From positions 1 to 64,000 of the IMG/VR virus record IMGVR_UViG_3300030430_005214: a DNA stretch of 64,000 nucleotides; one strand, 5' to 3'. Shown in pieces: positions 59,322 to 64,000 of the stretch; the stretch's first letter is position 1; each line of letters begins with the position of its first letter. The stretch comes from a virus. A program made the translations under genes and the position numbers. A model generated the notes under the pieces. The model was not told the origin of the DNA and did no database searches. It was given only the letters and a program-made list of their open reading frames with translations.

Positions 59322-60174
59322 CTTTCAACTCCTCAAAACAATTGTTTATTCCTGCTTGGATTCCAACTTTAGCTTTCCACCCAAGATCTCTTAAAGGACC
59401 AATATCTGCCTTGGTTAACATAACATCGCCTTTTCTATTCTCAACATAATCAAATTTTAAATCAGGAAAATGATTTTGAATTATTTGTTTAATTTCATTT
59501 AACGAAATATTGCTACCGGTGCCGACATCAAAGTTTTGTCCACAAAAATCTTGTGTATACTCCATTGCAAAGATATTTGCACTAACAACATCAGATACAT
59601 GCACCATATCTCTTCTTTGCTCTCCATCGCCAGTAATATAAGGTGTTTTGTTTTCTCTTATTGTTTTCATCCAACTAGCAATAGCGGTTGCATAAGGTCC
59701 ATCTGCTTTCTGATCTTCTGAATATACATTAAAGTATCGTAAAGACACTGTATCAACGCCGTATAAGTCAGCGTACAGTTTACATTCCATTTCCGAAACC
59801 AGCTTTTGTAGTGCATATGGACTTGCAGGGCCGCTGCCGTTTCCAACCACCGAAGAAGAGCTGGAATAGATAACTCTTTTTGCGCCCATATGCTTGGCAA
59901 AGTTTAAAACATTGCTAGCCGCTAGTACATTGTTTTCCATGGTCAGTATCGGATTTTCAACACTATACGCCACGCGGGGAAAACAAGCTAAATGAAAAAT
60001 GTATTCTGGTTTAAAATTAAAATAAGCCGGATGAAATTTTTCTCTTAAATCATTCAGGATATTATGATCTTCAACAAGATCGATGCCCATGACTTCGTGA
60101 CCCAAATCTTTTAACTTTTTATACAAGTGAGAGCCAATATACCCTTTGTGTCCCGTTACTAAACATTTAGCCAT
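59311..60174 (-). CDS. NAD-dependent NDP-sugar epimerase/dehydratase (extended SDR)
   Basis: VTGHKGYIG, FHLA, YSSSS, SPYALQK (YxxxK), LRYFNVY, GDGEQRRDMVHV. Confidence 0.92.
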   Translation of the reverse strand: MAKCLVTGHKGYIGSHLYKKLKDLGHEVMGIDLVEDHNILNDLREKFHPAYFNFKPEYIFHLACFPRVAYSVENPILTMENNVLAASNVLNFAKHMGAKRVIYSSSSSVVGNGSGPASPYALQKLVSEMECKLYADLYGVDTVSLRYFNVYSEDQKADGPYATAIASWMKTIRENKTPYITGDGEQRRDMVHVSDVVSANIFAMEYTQDFCGQNFDVGTGSNISLNEIKQIIQNHFPDLKFDYVENRKGDVMLTKADIGPLRDLGWKAKVGIQAGINNCFEELKGGQ

Positions 60175-60175
60175 T

Positions 60176-60979
60176 TTATTTCCTCTCTCTAATACTTTTT
60201 GCTACTTGTTCTGAAATTGGACAATCTCCAGTAATGCCAAGTTTTTTATATATCGGCTGGTCGTATACAACTCTTGGATAGTGTCCTTTTTCGGGTCCTC
60301 TTAATCCTAACTCTGCTTTTACACCAGTCATATGTAATTTCATTTGTTCTAGAGCCATCAAGCACAAGGGCTCTGCTAGTCTAAAATTAAAGCCTATATA
60401 TTCGTGATTATATTTTCCTACTTGACCTTGATCGCATATAGATCTAATTTTCTTATGATCAAGTTTCGATCCTTTTGGGATGCATATCATTCCACCTTCA
60501 AACGTAGATATGTTTTTGGTTTTGTAAAAAGAAAACGTTCCACAATCAGCCAGCATTCCTGCAAATTTACCACAATGACATTCGGCACCAAAAGCTTGAG
60601 CCGTATCTTCAATAACAACAAGGTCATGTTTTTTTGCGATCTCGTTTATTTTCTCCATTTCACACACCCTACCGTATAGGTGAACTGGTATGATTGCTTT
60701 TGTTTTGGGAGTTATTGCAGCCTCTATTTTTTTAGGATCTAACAAATATGTGTTTGGGTCTATATCGACGAATACTGGTTTTGCACCAGCAATTAATATT
60801 GCATTACTAGTGGCTATAAAAGTAAAAGGAGTTGTGATTACTTCATCTCCTGGTTGTAAATCTAGTGACCACAAAGGAGCGATTAGGGCTGCTGTGCCAT
60901 TATTGACAGCTATACAATCTTCTAGATCAAATCTCTCTTTTACATATTCTTCAAATATATTTCTAATAACTACCGGCAT
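60176..60979 (-). CDS. DegT/DnrJ/EryC1/StrS sugar aminotransferase (WbpE-like), shortened
   Basis: NNGTAAL, PGDEVITTPFTFIAT, IIPVHLYG, IEDTAQAFG, SFYKTKNI (PLP Lys), EGG. Confidence 0.88.
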   Translation of the reverse strand: MPVVIRNIFEEYVKERFDLEDCIAVNNGTAALIAPLWSLDLQPGDEVITTPFTFIATSNAILIAGAKPVFVDIDPNTYLLDPKKIEAAITPKTKAIIPVHLYGRVCEMEKINEIAKKHDLVVIEDTAQAFGAECHCGKFAGMLADCGTFSFYKTKNISTFEGGMICIPKGSKLDHKKIRSICDQGQVGKYNHEYIGFNFRLAEPLCLMALEQMKLHMTGVKAELGLRGPEKGHYPRVVYDQPIYKKLGITGDCPISEQVAKSIRERK

Positions 60980-60980
60980 T

Positions 60981-61460
60981 TTAACCTCTTAAAATTTTTG
61001 CTGGGTTTCCTACGACTACTGTATCTGGTGGGACGTTCTTTGTTACAACAGAACCGGCGCCAACTAAAGATCTTTCACCGATTACATTGCCACAGACTAT
61101 AGTGGAATTAGCGCCAACACTACAACCCTCTTTAAATAATGTTTTTCTAAATCGATCTTTCCAATCACCAGTTGCTGTTGGTCTTATGTCGTTTGTTGTA
61201 ACCACATTTGGTCCGATAAAAACATTATTCTCTATTGTGACGCCTTCATATATTATTGAGTTGTTTTGTATTTTTACATTATCTCCAATAATGACATTAT
61301 TGCCTATATGTACGCCCTCTCCAATTATACAATTATTTCCTATTTTTGCACCACTCATAACATGAGAGAATGCCCATATTTTTGTATTCTCTCCAATTTG
61401 CGCGCCACTATCAAGTATTGAAGTTTCATGTAAAAAGTATTTTTTTTCCGCTGTAGGCAT
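60981..61460 (-). CDS. Hexapeptide-repeat N-acetyltransferase (WbpD-like)
   Basis: IGENTKIWAFSHV...VKIQNN...FIGPNVVTTND.RP...VGAGSVVTKNVP...GNPAK. Confidence 0.9.
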   Translation of the reverse strand: MPTAEKKYFLHETSILDSGAQIGENTKIWAFSHVMSGAKIGNNCIIGEGVHIGNNVIIGDNVKIQNNSIIYEGVTIENNVFIGPNVVTTNDIRPTATGDWKDRFRKTLFKEGCSVGANSTIVCGNVIGERSLVGAGSVVTKNVPPDTVVVGNPAKILRG

Positions 61461-61491
61461 TAAACAATTGTAACATGACGCTCTTTAAAAT

Positions 61492-62214
61492 TTAAATTTC
61501 CCAAATTATTTTTTTATGCTTTTTCTTTTTAAATCTTTTTATTTTTAAATGTTCAAAGTAGCAATCTTTATGAGCAAACATTTTATATTTTCCATCTTTA
61601 ACAATTCTATAGCTTATTTGGTGATCAGAGGCTCCTCCGGTGCTGCGGTTCCCGTAAGTATATAATCCATATTCTTGCAGGACATGTCTTTTAAATGACG
61701 TTAAAGAAAAGCCAATTCCATAAGTTTCGAAAATATCCTCTTCTATATTTTCCATTAAATACTTACGTGTATATTTTGCATGATCAATATTTTCTTCATG
61801 TGGGTACCATGGATAATCTGTTTTTCTAGGAGATTTGGTTGGACCTCTTAATGTTAGTTTATTACCCCATTTAGCAGGTAAAACATTAATTTGTTTCGAA
61901 TTGGGATTTAAATTGCAATACCCGGTTAGCACATCATATTTTTTATTGTTATTTACAATTACATCAATATTTTTTTGATTTATAATCACATCATCAGATA
62001 TTAATATGTAGTTTTGATATATTGGTGCTACATCTAAGTCGCTTCCGTTTTTGCTAATATTTTCGCCATTCACTATTTTCATAATGGATGATAAGGCATC
62101 CCTTTCATTAAACCCACTTATCCAAACTTTTGGAATGGCCACGCTTTTAAGAGAATCTACACAGACCTTTTCATCTCTTGGGTTTAAAATTACTAAAAGA
62201 TCTTTATTTGACAT
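61492..62214 (-). CDS. GT-A fold (GT2-like) glycosyltransferase
   Basis: YILISDDVII (DxD-like); GIGFSLTSFKRHVLQ; SDHQISYR...FEH pattern; AAGGAG SD. Confidence 0.55.
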   Translation of the reverse strand: MSNKDLLVILNPRDEKVCVDSLKSVAIPKVWISGFNERDALSSIMKIVNGENISKNGSDLDVAPIYQNYILISDDVIINQKNIDVIVNNNKKYDVLTGYCNLNPNSKQINVLPAKWGNKLTLRGPTKSPRKTDYPWYPHEENIDHAKYTRKYLMENIEEDIFETYGIGFSLTSFKRHVLQEYGLYTYGNRSTGGASDHQISYRIVKDGKYKMFAHKDCYFEHLKIKRFKKKKHKKIIWEI

Positions 62215-62226
62215 GAGTTCGCTCCT

Positions 62227-62259
62227 TAATTAGCATTAGCCTATTAGCTAATTAATTAG
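62227..62259 (-). promoter_or_regulatory. Two CTAATTA motif copies within GCTAAT-rich repeats
   Basis: Copies at 62227-62233 and 62253-62259 upstream of the GT2-like gene. Confidence 0.4.
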
Positions 62260-62403
62260 CGATGATGAAGCAGTTATATCCTCTAATCTTACAGTTTCTG
62301 GGAAATGTTTTTCTATGTTATTCGTATAATCAAACCTTGTTTGTCTAACAAAGTTATTAAAACTTTTATAATTAGCTTGATTTATAAAATTAATTTTCAC
62401 CAT
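62248..62403 (-). CDS. Unannotated 51-aa ORF MVKINFINQANYKSFNNFVRQTRFDYTNNIEKHFPETVRLEDITASSSLIN
   Basis: TGATG overlap with the upstream stop; TAG at 62248-62250. Confidence 0.45.
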   Translation of the reverse strand: MVKINFINQANYKSFNNFVRQTRFDYTNNIEKHFPETVRLEDITASSSLIN

Positions 62404-63236
62404 CAAACCTCATATTCATACTTTGAAAAAAAGTTAACCTTTTCTAAATATTTTTTATTTTTCCATTTTGTATGTCCTTTTGCAAACCATATTTTATTAT
62501 TATCGCCAAATAAGGTATCACAATAGGGATTTAAATCTCTAGGAGTGTTTATGGCAGTTTCCATTTTTATTTTTACGTTGTTTTCCATTTGATAATTAAT
62601 TACAGATTTAACAAAATAGTTCATATCTGAAAATGTTTTGTTCATTGAGTCAGTGTTTTCTATTAATTTTATCCAACGATTGATAATATCAATACACACT
62701 TGATTCTTTCTCATTGCATGTGTTCCCAATAGAACAACTTTACCAGTTGTTGTTTTTAGTATATCATCAATACTGTTACCTTGTTCAACTAACATTTGTA
62801 CATCGTTTATACCACAAACTTTTTTTGGCTCAAGTGAAAATATATTATTTTTAGAGCGTTCTAAAAAAACAAAATCATTATGATCTAAGTGTTCTTCAAT
62901 GTAATTTAGATTATCGAACACAATGCCGTTGGCGCCAAAAGTACAAAGCTTTCCACTTTTACTATTTTTTAAAAGTTCAAGGAAAAGTCTTGGCCTATAG
63001 TTTCTGTAAAATTCTATTTTGTTATGAACATTGAAATTATTATTTTCTGAACTAGTTCTGATAAAATTTATTTTTGTATCTTTAGAAAACTTATTTTTTA
63101 CATTATAAAAGTCTTTATCAGTAAAGTCAAGTAAATTAAAGTGTATTAAGTTTTTATTCCCATGATATCTAATGCTTCTTATTAAAGCATTTGCAAATTT
63201 AAAATACTTTGGGTCGCACCAAGTTAAGATCTCCAT
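62403..63236 (-). CDS. Putative nucleotide-diphospho-sugar transferase (divergent GT-A)
   Basis: Start most likely ATG 63236 (TAATG overlap); ILTWCDPKYFKFANALIRSIR N-terminus and IINRW...SDMNYF resemble GT8/GT77-type folds; no clear DxD. Confidence 0.45.
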   Translation of the reverse strand: MEILTWCDPKYFKFANALIRSIRYHGNKNLIHFNLLDFTDKDFYNVKNKFSKDTKINFIRTSSENNNFNVHNKIEFYRNYRPRLFLELLKNSKSGKLCTFGANGIVFDNLNYIEEHLDHNDFVFLERSKNNIFSLEPKKVCGINDVQMLVEQGNSIDDILKTTTGKVVLLGTHAMRKNQVCIDIINRWIKLIENTDSMNKTFSDMNYFVKSVINYQMENNVKIKMETAINTPRDLNPYCDTLFGDNNKIWFAKGHTKWKNKKYLEKVNFFSKYEYEV

Positions 63237-64000
63237 TATGAAACCATCTCTAAGGCCGACAAAGCATGAACAATATGACATCCTGTTGGTTGTTCACCCC
63301 TCACAAACTTTACAAAACTATGCAATTCTTCATAAAGAGGTTCGCTTTTTTCTACAGGCACTGCTTCACATTCACCGGTGTATGAAATATATTGTATTTC
63401 TTGCTTAATATAATCTAGAAAATATTTACCTTCGTTACATATTAATTCAAGTGTTCTAATTTTTTCTGGTTCAACCCAAGAAGCTTCAGACAGCAGTATT
63501 GTATTTTGATCGTTTTTATATTTACAGATTAAAGTTGCGTAATCGGTTTTATTATCATCTCTGGTTTTATTAGTGTATAAAGAGTGATCATCAAATTTAG
63601 AATCAATAAGATAATTAGCAACATCTGCATCGTGCACTAATAAATCTAAATTGACATAATCAGATGAGCGAGCAACAAAGTTCCCCAATCTTCTAGTTCT
63701 TATTAAATTAATACCGGTAATTTTTTTTTCGTCAATCATTGATTTTAATTTTTGTACAGCAGGATTAAATCTTTCAATGTGCCCAACAAATATATTTTTA
63801 GAGTATACCAGTAACTTTAGTGCTTTTATTCTATCATCGTCAATTGGCTTTTCTATAAAAAGTTTTAAATTTTTATTAATTTTTAACAATTCTAAAGATA
63901 TATCAACGTGTTTGTCACTTGGTGCACAAATCAATACCGCATCTAATTCGTTTATTTGATCCAAAAAAAGTTCTTTATCATTATATTTTTCTATATTGGG
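63236..64000 (-). CDS. Gfo/Idh/MocA oxidoreductase (WbpB-like), partial; starts beyond the right edge
   Basis: DAVLICAPSDKH, FIEKPI, VGHIERFNPAV, DLLVHDAD, EASW; frame open to position 64000. Confidence 0.88.
   Translation of the reverse strand, partial: PNIEKYNDKELFLDQINELDAVLICAPSDKHVDISLELLKINKNLKLFIEKPIDDDRIKALKLLVYSKNIFVGHIERFNPAVQKLKSMIDEKKITGINLIRTRRLGNFVARSSDYVNLDLLVHDADVANYLIDSKFDDHSLYTNKTRDDNKTDYATLICKYKNDQNTILLSEASWVEPEKIRTLELICNEGKYFLDYIKQEIQYISYTGECEAVPVEKSEPLYEELHSFVKFVRGEQPTGCHIVHALSALEMVS

Noticed and set aside
621-63959. Numerous plus-strand and nested minus-strand ORFs of 60-150 aa in the ORF track
   Set aside because: They lie antisense to or inside long motif-bearing minus-strand genes, often start with GTG/TTG and show no recognisable motifs; shadow ORFs.
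1-64000. Alternative genetic code (TAG/TGA recoding, as in some huge phages)
   Set aside because: Conserved genes (TerL, portal, gp6, primase) are full length in code 11, and TAG and TGA act as real stops at tight gene junctions.
58482-64000. Sugar cluster as bacterial O-antigen locus flanking a prophage
   Set aside because: Same strand and tight coupling with the phage genes, phage-style shortened enzymes, and no wzx/wzy, integrase or att site visible.

Overview
This window is a 64 kb segment of a large, AT-rich, T4-like myovirus (jumbo/huge phage). It is densely coded, almost entirely on the minus strand, in the standard genetic code. In transcription order (right to left) it carries: (1) a nucleotide-sugar/glycosylation cluster (WbpB-like oxidoreductase, two glycosyltransferase-like genes, WbpD-like acetyltransferase, shortened DegT/WbpE aminotransferase, NDP-sugar epimerase, short UDP-sugar dehydrogenase); (2) an FmdB zinc-ribbon gene and a gp55-like late sigma factor; (3) a baseplate/tail block (central spike apparently split into OB-fold, M15 peptidase and HxH spike genes, a 2603-aa protein, gp25, gp6, a 3019-aa LamG wedge protein, collar-like proteins); (4) RuvC, YkuK-type RNase H, primase and a fused Mre11-Rad50; (5) a beta-helix protein, a holin/spanin-like trio and two S74-chaperone fibres; (6) a head block (TerL, portal, CxxC membrane protein, prohead protease, ribosomal protein bS21, scaffold running off the left edge). 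No tRNA, rRNA, CRISPR array, integrase or transposase was seen. Main leads: a recurrent [S/T]-[G/A/S]-[S/T] tripeptide in a subset of virion proteins, which with the sugar cluster suggests virion glycosylation; a CTAWTTA late-promoter motif plus SD-led late genes plus phage bS21; and an unannotated Cys-Cys micropeptide with GC hairpins coupled to the prohead protease. All functional calls come from motif recognition by eye, without database searches.
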